Below are positions 1 through 8,121 of a DNA stretch of 64,000 nt, in pieces. The stretch covers positions 704,001 through 768,000 of the forward strand of contig CAXXUK010000002.1 of the NCBI GenBank assembly GCA_963665125.2, written 5' to 3'. The stretch comes from an uncultured Desulfarculus sp. GTDB taxonomy: Bacteria > Desulfobacterota > Desulfarculia > Desulfarculales > Desulfarculaceae. The notes under the pieces are model-generated. The model saw only the letters and a list, made by a program, of their open reading frames with translations, was not told the origin of the DNA and did no database searches. A program made the position numbers and the translations under genes. Position 1 is the first letter of the stretch, and each line of letters begins with the position of its first letter.

Positions 1-574
1 TGACGAGGACACATCACCCACCCCAAGTTTTGAATTTAACTGATGCATCTTTTTTGCCGCCTATTAACGTTAAATATATTTATTTACTTTCAGAGAGCGC
101 CTGCCAATTCTTGGTTATGGTGAGACTAAGCATACAATAATTCAGCCCAAAAAAGTAATTAGCAGGCCAGACCAACTCATGATAACTATTCAATATATCG
201 AATCTTTTAACTATTCAAAACATAACCAAACAAAATATTAAGATCGCTTAATGCCTAGGTTAAAAGTTTGCGCCATCGCGTTAGTTACCGTTATAGAACC
301 CAAACTTTCATCCAGTATTTCATCCTATACACAAAATGCACATCTTCTATTCTAGTTTTGCGCCTTCGCACCATATCCAGAGCATCTTGGGAATAGTAAA
401 ACGCCACACTAGCTACAAATAACTACTAAAAGAAACAAAATAGCATCTTTGTAACATCCCGTTAATACACGACAAAATGTCCATACAAAATGTGCTTATT
501 AAAAATTTACTTGCTTCATTTCAGTTATACATTAAAGTCTATAAAATATTTATTTAAAGCATTAGGAGGCTTGT

Positions 575-598
575 ATGAACATTAGCCTAAAAAGGTAA
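575..598 (+). CDS. Possible 7-aa leader peptide MNISLKR
   Basis: AGGAGG Shine-Dalgarno 5 nt before ATG 575; TAA at 596-598 abuts the 12-bp hairpin. Confidence 0.25.
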   Translation: MNISLKR

Positions 599-682
599 GC
601 CCTGTTCTATCTCGCACGTAGAACAGGGCTTCACTGGCAAGAGGCCAGCTTGAGACTACAAGGATTGCGCACCCTAGTAGCG
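590..682 (-). ncRNA. Putative ~90-nt antisense (countertranscript) RNA
   Basis: Minus-strand promoter TTGACC-N17-TATGCT, two hairpins (CTACTAGGGTGCGCAATCCTTGTAG; CTGGCCTCTTGCCAG), then a perfect 12-bp stem followed by TACCTTTTT. Confidence 0.5.
598..630 (-). terminator. Intrinsic terminator-like hairpin
   Basis: AGCCCTGTTCTA-N9-TAGAACAGGGCT perfect inverted repeat; T-rich tail on the minus strand. Confidence 0.6.
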
Positions 683-687
683 CCTCA

Positions 688-716
688 AGCATAGATGAAT
701 GCTTTGTTTCGGTCAA
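688..716 (-). promoter_or_regulatory. Sigma70-like promoter overlapped by palindrome CGGTCAA-N5-TTGACCG (710-728)
   Basis: -35 TTGACC (716-711), 17-nt spacer, -10 TATGCT (693-688). Confidence 0.5.
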
Positions 717-872
717 GGCATTTGACCGTCAAGAGGATTCCTCTGCTCAGATCGCCTCTCACCAGACTTAAACATCCAGACCAGCACTTTATACAACTAC
801 CTTTGCTCAACTTGACCAAAAGGACACAGGGCTCAAATTCCAGTGCCCTTGATGCCTGGACAGGAGTTGTAA

Positions 873-1442
873 ATGTTGTTTAATCCCAATAAATTTCGGT
901 TTTTAACCATTGCAAACAAAACCTCCCGGCTAAAGAAAAAAGTATTTCATTCGAGCAATTCCGAGTTGCCCGATGGTCTGCTCACCGATTCACTGAATCA
1001 CTTTCGCCGGGCGCACAAGGACTCCTTTCGAGAAATCTACATCTCCAGCCAAGCGGCAGCTCCCCTTTGCCAGGCCAATGTGGAAAGCGCCAAGGCCGTG
1101 ATGCGCTCCCTGATCGAGCAGGCGGCTTACGGCTATCATGCCCAGGCCCAGCGCTTGGGCGACGAGGCGGCCGCCTTGCTGACCCAGGTGGAGCTGACTC
1201 CGGAGCAAGTGGAGGCCCTGCGGGTCGAACGCGAAGTCAGGCCCGAGAACTCGCCCAGTTTGAGCGAGGGTGCTTCGGCAAAAACCATGCCTGAATCTCA
1301 GAGTGCTCCGGCCAAACGACGGGGCAGGCCCCGGAAGCAACTTGCCCAGCCGCCCAAAACAGGCAAGCCCGATGATGACCTGCGCTACGACGAATCTGCA
1401 CCTATTGAGATCGGTCGCAAGAAGTCAGGAGGTACCCGATGA
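873..1442 (+). CDS. Hypothetical protein with AT-hook-like motif
   Basis: 189-aa ORF; KRRGRPRK in a low-complexity C-terminal part; ATGA overlap with next gene; start uncertain. Confidence 0.65.
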   Translation: MLFNPNKFRFLTIANKTSRLKKKVFHSSNSELPDGLLTDSLNHFRRAHKDSFREIYISSQAAAPLCQANVESAKAVMRSLIEQAAYGYHAQAQRLGDEAAALLTQVELTPEQVEALRVEREVRPENSPSLSEGASAKTMPESQSAPAKRRGRPRKQLAQPPKTGKPDDDLRYDESAPIEIGRKKSGGTR

Positions 1443-2434
1443 GCAAGCAGACAAGGATTGAATCTATCCCTCAAAACGGGTTGCATGGCAAATTGAAGTT
1501 GGTCGAGGCCAGGCTTTTACCCGCCCGCCTACGGGTGTTGGTAGCATGCCTGATCCTGGCAGTAACCATCCCCCTGGAGTGGGCATTCGGATTTGATTTT
1601 TTCGCCGAGTTCGGCCGAGATGCCTTGGGAGAAATCGGCGGTTTTGCTCTGACTATCGCGGCGTTCAAAGGGTTTATGCTGCTGAGCGCGGTGGTGGCCC
1701 TCAAGTATGCCTTTCAAGCCCTGAGCGCCAATGCCCGCAAAATTCTCTTCTGGACCGCCGGGGCTCTCACCGTGGCTATGCTGCTGGGCGTTGGAATGGC
1801 CAGAAACGACCTGATGCACATACGGCATTTGGAGTTAAACGGCAGTGGTGAGGTCGCAGTTGACGCCGAATTGGCCGCACTGGGTCTGGAGACGCAGGCG
1901 ACGGAGTCCACTCAGGGCCAAGCTGACACGCTCACTTCAGCAGACTTGCAAAAGGATCTGCTCAGCCACACCGCTTTTCTGGCCGTGGCCTACATCCTCA
2001 TCAGTCTGGGCAGCGCTGCGTGCCTGGTGGAAATCCTCGAGCAATGGCCCAGCCTGAAGATGCTGGCCTTTGTGCGCAGCCGCCTGCAAACACTGGATCG
2101 CATCGCTGTCTTGCAGCGTGCCGCCGCCGAGGCTGCCTTGGCCGCCGAGACCATCGAACGCAACCGTCTGGTCCTTATGCGGGCGGCACAGGACATGATC
2201 ATCCGTGCTCATCTCGACGGCCTGTCCCACGTACCCTGGTGGCGCAATATCTTTGAGCTATACCACATCACCGATAGCGCCAAGTTCAACAAAAAGCAGA
2301 TCTACGGGCTGCACTGGATACGTGCTGTAAACATCGAAGCAGCGGAGAAAAAAGAAGTCGCCTGCCTGGAGGCGATCAAGGCCCTGAAGCTCGTCGAACC
2401 CGAACCCCAGCCCACGGAGGCCGACCATGACTAA
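1439..2434 (+). CDS. Hypothetical membrane protein (about 4 TM helices plus helical C-terminus)
   Basis: 331-aa ORF with hydrophobic segments; GGAGG RBS; overlaps both neighbours. Confidence 0.75.
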   Translation: MSKQTRIESIPQNGLHGKLKLVEARLLPARLRVLVACLILAVTIPLEWAFGFDFFAEFGRDALGEIGGFALTIAAFKGFMLLSAVVALKYAFQALSANARKILFWTAGALTVAMLLGVGMARNDLMHIRHLELNGSGEVAVDAELAALGLETQATESTQGQADTLTSADLQKDLLSHTAFLAVAYILISLGSAACLVEILEQWPSLKMLAFVRSRLQTLDRIAVLQRAAAEAALAAETIERNRLVLMRAAQDMIIRAHLDGLSHVPWWRNIFELYHITDSAKFNKKQIYGLHWIRAVNIEAAEKKEVACLEAIKALKLVEPEPQPTEADHD

Positions 2435-3095
2435 GAAAACAATACTTGTCCTGCTGATGACCCTGTGCCTGGCCGAGCCCGTGGCCGCCCAATGCAAAAC
2501 CGTGGTTGTATTGCTCGATCTCAGCAGCAGCGCCGCCCAAATCACCAGTACCTCTTTCGCTGCCAAGACCGGGGCATACGTGGCCCACGAAGTATCCCAC
2601 TTGCCCTTGGGCTCCAAGGTGAGCTTGAGAACCTTTGGCTTGGCCGACGCCACGGTCAACAGCCTAGCCCTTGATTACACCCTGACCCAACGACGTGGTC
2701 AGAAGCCCCGCGAGGTGGCTTTAAAGCTGGCCAAAGTTTTAGCTGCCGTCCCCAAGTTGGCCGTCAGCGGCAAACTCAAGGTGCAGAAACAGAGCCAAGT
2801 TATCCGTGCCTTGCATGACCTTTCAAACTTGGTCAAGAATCGAAACTCCCGGCTGATCATCATCAGCGACATGCTGGAATACAGCCCCGACGCCAATGGC
2901 TACCGCTTGGCCGCTTACAACTCCGGCCAATTACCCACACCGCCCGCCGGGCTCTTGGCCGGTGCCCGAGTCTCCGCCATCGGTTGTGGCTATGGCCTCA
3001 AAACAACTCATGAGAGCCTTCGTTTGCAGGAGCTATGGTCCCGCTGGTTTGAACAGGCCGGTGCGGCTGAGTTCGTGGCCATCCCCATGCTGTAA
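2427..3095 (+). CDS. Exported VWA-like domain protein
   Basis: Signal peptide (MTKKTILVLLMTLCLAEPVAA); VVVLLDLSSS = MIDAS DxSxS; LIIISDM. Confidence 0.7.
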   Translation: MTKKTILVLLMTLCLAEPVAAQCKTVVVLLDLSSSAAQITSTSFAAKTGAYVAHEVSHLPLGSKVSLRTFGLADATVNSLALDYTLTQRRGQKPREVALKLAKVLAAVPKLAVSGKLKVQKQSQVIRALHDLSNLVKNRNSRLIIISDMLEYSPDANGYRLAAYNSGQLPTPPAGLLAGARVSAIGCGYGLKTTHESLRLQELWSRWFEQAGAAEFVAIPML

Positions 3096-3105
3096 GGAGA
3101 CGGAC

Positions 3106-3432
3106 ATGGGAATGAAGAACTTCATGCGCCGCCTGGCCAGCGGCGTCAAGAAAACAGAGCAGGCTACCGAGGAGCAGCGCGAAAAGCTGCGCAAAATCGG
3201 CATCAAACCGGCCATGGGCCTGAAGATCAAGGATGCCAACGAGCTGATTCAGAGCCACCACAAGGCCAAGCAGGCCGAGTTGGCCACCGAAATCCTGAAA
3301 TTGGATTTGCGCGACAAAGAGCATAAGGAACGCCTGCGCGAGGAACGTATTGCCAAGCTGGACCAAGACCGCAAGGAGCGGGAGGCCAAACAAGAACTGG
3401 CCAGAAACAACGGACCGGAACTGGAGCGATGA
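3106..3432 (+). CDS. Charged coiled-coil hypothetical protein (108 aa)
   Basis: AAGGAG RBS before ATG 3106; K/E/R-rich; ends NNGPELER; ATGA overlap with next ORF. Confidence 0.65.
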   Translation: MGMKNFMRRLASGVKKTEQATEEQREKLRKIGIKPAMGLKIKDANELIQSHHKAKQAELATEILKLDLRDKEHKERLREERIAKLDQDRKEREAKQELARNNGPELER

Positions 3433-3710
3433 GCATGACAGATTTTATGAGCAAGATGTATCGAGGACTCTACCGCGTGGGCCTGTGGCTGCTGGCCCAC
3501 CGCAAGCTGGCCGCACCCGTGGGGCTTGGCCTGCTGATCTGGCTGGCCGTGCAGACCGGTTGGTTTGCCCGGCTTACCAACACCGTGGCCGCTGGAGCCA
3601 TCAGCGTGCTGGACAGCCTCATGGCCGCCTTGGTCAGCGTGGCCGGGCCGCTCATCGCCTTGTGGCTGATCTGGGCGGCTGTCAAACGCATCTTCGGCGG
3701 AAAATTATAA
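3429..3710 (+). CDS. Small membrane protein
   Basis: 93-aa ORF with 2-3 hydrophobic helices, directly before the T4CP gene. Confidence 0.65.
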   Translation: MSMTDFMSKMYRGLYRVGLWLLAHRKLAAPVGLGLLIWLAVQTGWFARLTNTVAAGAISVLDSLMAALVSVAGPLIALWLIWAAVKRIFGGKL

Positions 3711-3746
3711 GGATTTGCTATAATTGGCGGGCCATTAACCCGCCCA

Positions 3747-5192
3747 ATGATCCGCCGATTTTTCCACGAGCTACTAGGCCGAAACGACCCGGCCAAGAGG
3801 AGCAGCATGGCCCGCGCCAGATTCATGAGCAAATGGGATATTCCCCAAATCCTCAATAAGATTGAGGGTGGCATGCGCTTCGCCCCCGGCCGTTTTCTGA
3901 ACGTGGCCAACTCGTGCAAGAACGCAGTCATCGTGGGCACGGTGGGCTCGGGAAAATCCAGCACCCAGATCATCCCCAACCTGCTGGAGGTGGACGCCAA
4001 CTTCGTGGTCACCGACCTGGCCGGAGAGCTGTTCATGAAGACCAGCGGGTGGCTGGAATCCCAAGGCTACACCGTCTACAAGCTGGACTTCGAGAATCCG
4101 CAGAACTCGCACGGTTTCAACCCCCTGCTGCGCAACCGTGGCGATCATAACGCCCTGCAACGCATGGCCGCCAGCATCGTGGACCACGCATACCCCAAGG
4201 AGCAGAGCTTTTGGACCTCGGACGCCAAGGCCCTGATCAATATTGTCTTCCGTGCCCTTACCAACTACATGGTCGAAGAACTCAACGAAGAGGGCGAGGT
4301 GGTCGAGGTCATTGCCAGAGACTATGTCAATTTTTCAAACGCCGAATACCTGTGCAATGGCGTGGGCCGCAAGATCATCGATGACTTCATCGCAGAACAC
4401 CTGGACGACGACCAGCTTTTCGCCAAGTATCGGGCCATCTGCAACTACGGCGATAATCAGCGCAGTGGTGTCACGGCGACAGCGTCGGCCGCGCTGGCTC
4501 CGTTCAATGATCCGGCCACGGCCCGCATCACTTGCCACGACGATCTTGATTTGGGCAAATTCGACCAGGGCAAGGCCGTGCTCTACATCTGCGTGCCGGA
4601 AAACAAGCAGGCTTATTACTCGCTGATTATTAGCCTCACCGCCGAGGCCATATTCGACGCGCTCATGGCTCGGCCCGTGGAAGGCTCCGACGCTTACAAA
4701 AGGCTCCGTTTCACCTTGCTGGCGCTGGACGAATTCGGCCAACTATATCTGCCGACCTTCCCCACGGTATGCACGACCCTGCGCAAGCGCAAATGCGGCA
4801 TCATGATCGCTTTGCAGGACTTTGGCCAGCTCACCGACAAATACGGCCAGGCAGCCGCCCGGACCATGCTTTCGGGCGGCCTGGTCAGCAAGCTTGTCCT
4901 GCCGGGCCTGGGCGTGGAGACCTGTGAGGCCGTCAGCCGCTCCCTGGGCCAAGCCACGGTCAACGACAAGAAGACAGGCCGGAGCGTAAGCGAGCCGCTG
5001 ATGCACCCCGATGAAATCAGGATGCTTGAACAAAACCAGGCAGTGCTCATCCACGGCAACAAACTGCCGATCCAGCTTGAAAACGTCCTGCCGTATTTTC
5101 AGGAAAACAAGCTCAAGAAACGCTCGGAGATGTCCCCGGCCACGATCAAGGCCGAGGAGCACGAGCCGAAATTGCTGAAGTTGGGGCCGTAG
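3747..5192 (+). CDS. virD4: Type IV coupling protein, VirD4/TraG family
   Basis: Walker A GTVGSGKS then IIPNLL; VVTDLAGELF; SHGFNPL; FW; Walker B LALDEFGQL; LRKR...IALQDFGQL..KYG; PLMHPDEIR. Confidence 0.88.
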   Translation: MIRRFFHELLGRNDPAKRSSMARARFMSKWDIPQILNKIEGGMRFAPGRFLNVANSCKNAVIVGTVGSGKSSTQIIPNLLEVDANFVVTDLAGELFMKTSGWLESQGYTVYKLDFENPQNSHGFNPLLRNRGDHNALQRMAASIVDHAYPKEQSFWTSDAKALINIVFRALTNYMVEELNEEGEVVEVIARDYVNFSNAEYLCNGVGRKIIDDFIAEHLDDDQLFAKYRAICNYGDNQRSGVTATASAALAPFNDPATARITCHDDLDLGKFDQGKAVLYICVPENKQAYYSLIISLTAEAIFDALMARPVEGSDAYKRLRFTLLALDEFGQLYLPTFPTVCTTLRKRKCGIMIALQDFGQLTDKYGQAAARTMLSGGLVSKLVLPGLGVETCEAVSRSLGQATVNDKKTGRSVSEPLMHPDEIRMLEQNQAVLIHGNKLPIQLENVLPYFQENKLKKRSEMSPATIKAEEHEPKLLKLGP

Positions 5193-5193
5193 C

Positions 5194-5535
5194 TTGCCAA
5201 ATTCTGCCCAGCCTGAAATACTGACCCCTGAGGAGGCAGCCGAATTCCTGAAAGTCAGCCTTTCGTGGCTGTACAAGAACTGGAAGGAAGTCGGCGGTAG
5301 GAAGCTCAAAGGGGTCCTGCGATTCCCGAATAGGGAGGACCTTTATGAGCATTTATTCGCAGGGTCAGGGATGGAGGTACGACTTCACCCTGGCCGGGCA
5401 GAGATTCACGAGCAAAAACTACAAAACCAAGGCCGAGGCCAGGCAGGCCGAAGCACTAAAAAGAGAGGAGTTGAAAAATCCGCTCCAACTGGAGCAGACC
5501 CCGACCGACACGGTCTTCTTGGAGCTGGTCAATAG
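5194..5535 (+). CDS. Excisionase-like helix-turn-helix protein
   Basis: ILTPEEAAEFLKVSLSWLYK is a typical Xis/HTH_17 N-terminus; TTG start; overlaps integrase by 191 nt. Confidence 0.7.
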   Translation: MPNSAQPEILTPEEAAEFLKVSLSWLYKNWKEVGGRKLKGVLRFPNREDLYEHLFAGSGMEVRLHPGRAEIHEQKLQNQGRGQAGRSTKKRGVEKSAPTGADPDRHGLLGAGQ

Positions 5536-6463
5536 ACGGCTGGATCACGTGAAGGCCTATAACTCGGAGCGGCATTATAACGAATACGTTTACGCCGCCC
5601 GTCGTTGGGTCCGACGCTGGGGCAAACTGCAATGCAGTCGAATCACGCCCGACATGATTGAGGCGTTTGTCTTGCAGCGCAACAAGGTGTCGGCCTTTAC
5701 GGCCAACAAGGAAATCCGCTATCTGCGGGCCACCTTCCGCTTCGGCATCAAGAAGCACCTGGTGGCCGAAGACCCCACGCGGGAGCTGGAGTTCCTGCCG
5801 GTGGAGAAGCGCATCAAGTATGTGCCACCCCTGGAAGACATCGAAAAGGTCATGGCCGTGGCCAATGATGACACGCGGGACTACCTGCAAGCCATCCGCG
5901 ACACCATGGCCCGCGTCAGCGAGATCAACGCCCTGCGTTGGGATGATATCGACTGGCAAACCCGTACGGTGGTGCTCTATACCCGCAAGAAAAAGGGCGG
6001 GCACCTGACGCCTAGAGTGGTGCCGTTGACCGAAAGGCTGCACGCGATCTTCGCACGCCGCTTTCAGCATAGAGAAAATGGTCTCCAGTGGGTGTTCTGG
6101 CATTGCTACTGGAGCAGAAAGGCAGGACGCTGGGTGAAAGGCCCATTCCAGAGCAGGCATAATCTTATGAGCGGCCTTTGTAAAAAGGCCGGGGTGCGCC
6201 ATTTCGGGTTTCACGCCCTGCGTCACGCCGGTGCCTCGCTGATGGACCGCGAAGGAGTGCCTATTGGGGTGATCCAGCGCATTCTGGGACACGAGAATCG
6301 CACCACCACCGAGATATATCTGCACTCCAACGGAGAGCAGGAAAAAGCGGCAATGCGGGTGTTTGAAAAGGCTGTCGGCGGGGTGGAGTGTGGGGATTCC
6401 GGAAAAAATCCACACATAAATCCACACATAGAAACAAAAAGGAGGTTACGCCTGGTGACGTAA
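5345..6463 (+). CDS. Tyrosine recombinase (integrase of element A)
   Basis: ARVSEINALRW, FHALRHAGAS, ILGHENRTTTEIYLH catalytic motifs. Confidence 0.95.
   Translation: MSIYSQGQGWRYDFTLAGQRFTSKNYKTKAEARQAEALKREELKNPLQLEQTPTDTVFLELVNRRLDHVKAYNSERHYNEYVYAARRWVRRWGKLQCSRITPDMIEAFVLQRNKVSAFTANKEIRYLRATFRFGIKKHLVAEDPTRELEFLPVEKRIKYVPPLEDIEKVMAVANDDTRDYLQAIRDTMARVSEINALRWDDIDWQTRTVVLYTRKKKGGHLTPRVVPLTERLHAIFARRFQHRENGLQWVFWHCYWSRKAGRWVKGPFQSRHNLMSGLCKKAGVRHFGFHALRHAGASLMDREGVPIGVIQRILGHENRTTTEIYLHSNGEQEKAAMRVFEKAVGGVECGDSGKNPHINPHIETKRRLRLVT
6407..6430 (+). repeat. Tandem 12-bp repeat AATCCACACATA x2 (putative integrase arm sites)
   Basis: Exact tandem repeat next to the att core. Confidence 0.6.
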
Positions 6464-6522
6464 CCTCCTGATTTTATTGGTGCGCCCGGCCTGATTCGAA
6501 CAGGCGGCCTACGGATTCGTAG
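6435..6522 (-). repeat. att site: 88-bp direct repeat containing the tRNA-Arg(ACG) 3' half
   Basis: Identical to 31710-31797; identity ends in the anticodon loop. Confidence 0.95.
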
Positions 6523-6636
6523 AATGGTCCTCCTGACTTCCTAACCTCCTCAATTAACAGGAAGTTGTTGTTTTAATTATCTTATTTGTTTTCTGGTTTT
6601 TGCTTACTTTTTCCGATTTTGGCAATGTCTTGACAA

Positions 6637-6663
6637 AAAGTCCCAGCCAAAGTCCCAGCCAAA
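6637..6663 (+). repeat. Tandem 12-bp repeat AAAGTCCCAGCC x2 (putative arm sites)
   Basis: Exact tandem repeat about 115 bp inside the att. Confidence 0.55.
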
Positions 6664-6713
6664 TTTGTATAGTGTGTCTTTTTCGAAGCGGACTGAATGA
6701 AGCTGGGCATTCT

Positions 6714-7004
6714 TCAAAGCGGCACCGCTTCACTCAGGACTTGGTCTCGAATGGACCTGTGAATCGTGTCTGGCTCGGCAATGTCAACCCGGCGGCCGAG
6801 CATGTCCTCCAAATCAGCGATAAGTCCCCCTGGAAACCAAGGGCTCTTGATTTCGCCAACCTCAACCAACAGGTCCAAGTCGCTGCTTTTGTCAACTTGG
6901 CCTCTTGCGGCGGAACCAAACACCTTTACGCTGGTTACGCCGTGCTGTTTGGCAATTGCCAGAATTTTGTCTCTGTTTTTCAGTAGGTGTTCAGCTAGCG
7001 GCAT
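6714..7004 (-). CDS. Minimal nucleotidyltransferase (MNT) antitoxin-like protein, orphan
   Basis: VFGSAARGQVDKSSDLDLLVE (GS-X10-DxD); no intact HEPN ORF downstream. Confidence 0.85.
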   Translation of the reverse strand: MPLAEHLLKNRDKILAIAKQHGVTSVKVFGSAARGQVDKSSDLDLLVEVGEIKSPWFPGGLIADLEDMLGRRVDIAEPDTIHRSIRDQVLSEAVPL

Positions 7005-7298
7005 GATTGCCTCCAGAAACGGATAAAGCGGTCACCAGGAAATAATTTGTATCTATCTCCCAATTTGTGAATGTACCACATTTATGACATCGATGGTTAA
7101 AGAGCCGGGGAAGCCGCACAATCCTAAATCTTGGCTCCATGCCATACAGCACGGCCCGCCTGCGGAGTCATTTAGCAATCCTGCTAATCAATGAGCTTGC
7201 TTGGGCAGTGTCCATTAAAGCAGATTTGATAGAATTAGGGATAAATACGATTTGCCGATATGTTTTATGAGGGCTGGCTCATGCAGGCTTTTCAGGCT

Positions 7299-7649
7299 TT
7301 ATTTTTGTTGGTCAGCGTGAAGGATTTTTTCCAGCAATGGAGCAAGAGGCGGCAAGTCGTTGACGATCGTTTCCCAAACGGTGCTCATTTCAACCCCCCA
7401 GTACTCATGGACCGCAAAATTCCGCATGTCTGCCATTAACCGCCAAGGAATTGCTTGGTTGGCTTCCTTGATCTCTTCAGGTATGCGGCCAGCTGCTTCG
7501 CCAATTATTATCAAGTTCCGGATAACTGCATCAATTGTCTTGGGGTCTTGAGCAAAGTCGTCAAAGCTCATTCCGGATATATATGATTCTATTTTTTTTA
7601 TTGAATCATTGATGTCGATGACTCTGTGACGCCATTTTCTAGGCGACAT
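7299..7649 (-). CDS. HEPN (DUF86, HepT-like) RNase toxin
   Basis: DAVIRNLIIIGEAA, IPWR, MRNFAVHEY (RX4HXY). Confidence 0.9.
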   Translation of the reverse strand: MSPRKWRHRVIDINDSIKKIESYISGMSFDDFAQDPKTIDAVIRNLIIIGEAAGRIPEEIKEANQAIPWRLMADMRNFAVHEYWGVEMSTVWETIVNDLPPLAPLLEKILHADQQK

Positions 7650-7932
7650 GTTGAGCCTCGGCAAGAATGTCGTCCTTTAACTCAGGATGCAGCGCTCCGA
7701 CCTGAACAAGGTCTACCTTGTCCACACCAAGTATCTCCTCTAACCGGTGTTGCAGGCTGAAGAATTCAAACAAGCCGACCGTGCGGTTGAACTCAACAAG
7801 TAAATCGACATCGCTGTCACGCCTCGCATCACCCCTGACGGTTGACCCGAAAAGGGAAAGCCTGCTAACTCCATATTTTTTCAATTCGCCCATATGACGA
7901 CGCAATGTGGCGATTGCTTGACTGCGTTTCAT
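7639..7932 (-). CDS. MNT (MntA-like) antitoxin
   Basis: LFGSTVRGDARRDSDVDLLVEF; overlaps the HEPN gene start. Confidence 0.9.
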   Translation of the reverse strand: MKRSQAIATLRRHMGELKKYGVSRLSLFGSTVRGDARRDSDVDLLVEFNRTVGLFEFFSLQHRLEEILGVDKVDLVQVGALHPELKDDILAEAQHVA

Positions 7933-8121
7933 TAATCTCCATCTCCATTGGTATGAATATACCATTTTTCAAACCGATGTAATAAAGAGTCGGCAAAGTT
8001 ACCCTGTATGGCAAGGGTGTCTCCTTGCAATCCAGCCTGGCTATTCTGAGACGCTGTCAACCACCTATGTGTAATATTTTGCATATGATCGCGCGTTTAT
8101 CGAAGTTCAACAAAACCCATT

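Larger units (their letters stand above)
1..6522. mobile_element. Integrative element A (right part only; left end outside window) with T4CP, excisionase and integrase
   Basis: Integrase 5345-6463 ends inside the 88-bp att repeat (6435-6522); excisionase and VirD4-like gene lie upstream. Confidence 0.8.

Noticed and set aside
44..560. Protein-coding gene in the AT-rich tract
   Set aside because: No ORF of 60 aa or more in the track and frequent stops in the frames read; possibly a decayed gene or regulatory DNA.
2896..3105. Upstream-extended starts in the ORF track (2896, 9573, 14611, 18745, 33369, 35602, 42136, 57756)
   Set aside because: The extensions overlap neighbouring genes or leaders; downstream starts with an RBS or translational coupling fit better.
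6478..6522. Second tRNA-Arg(ACG) gene
   Set aside because: 3' half only; it is the att duplication.
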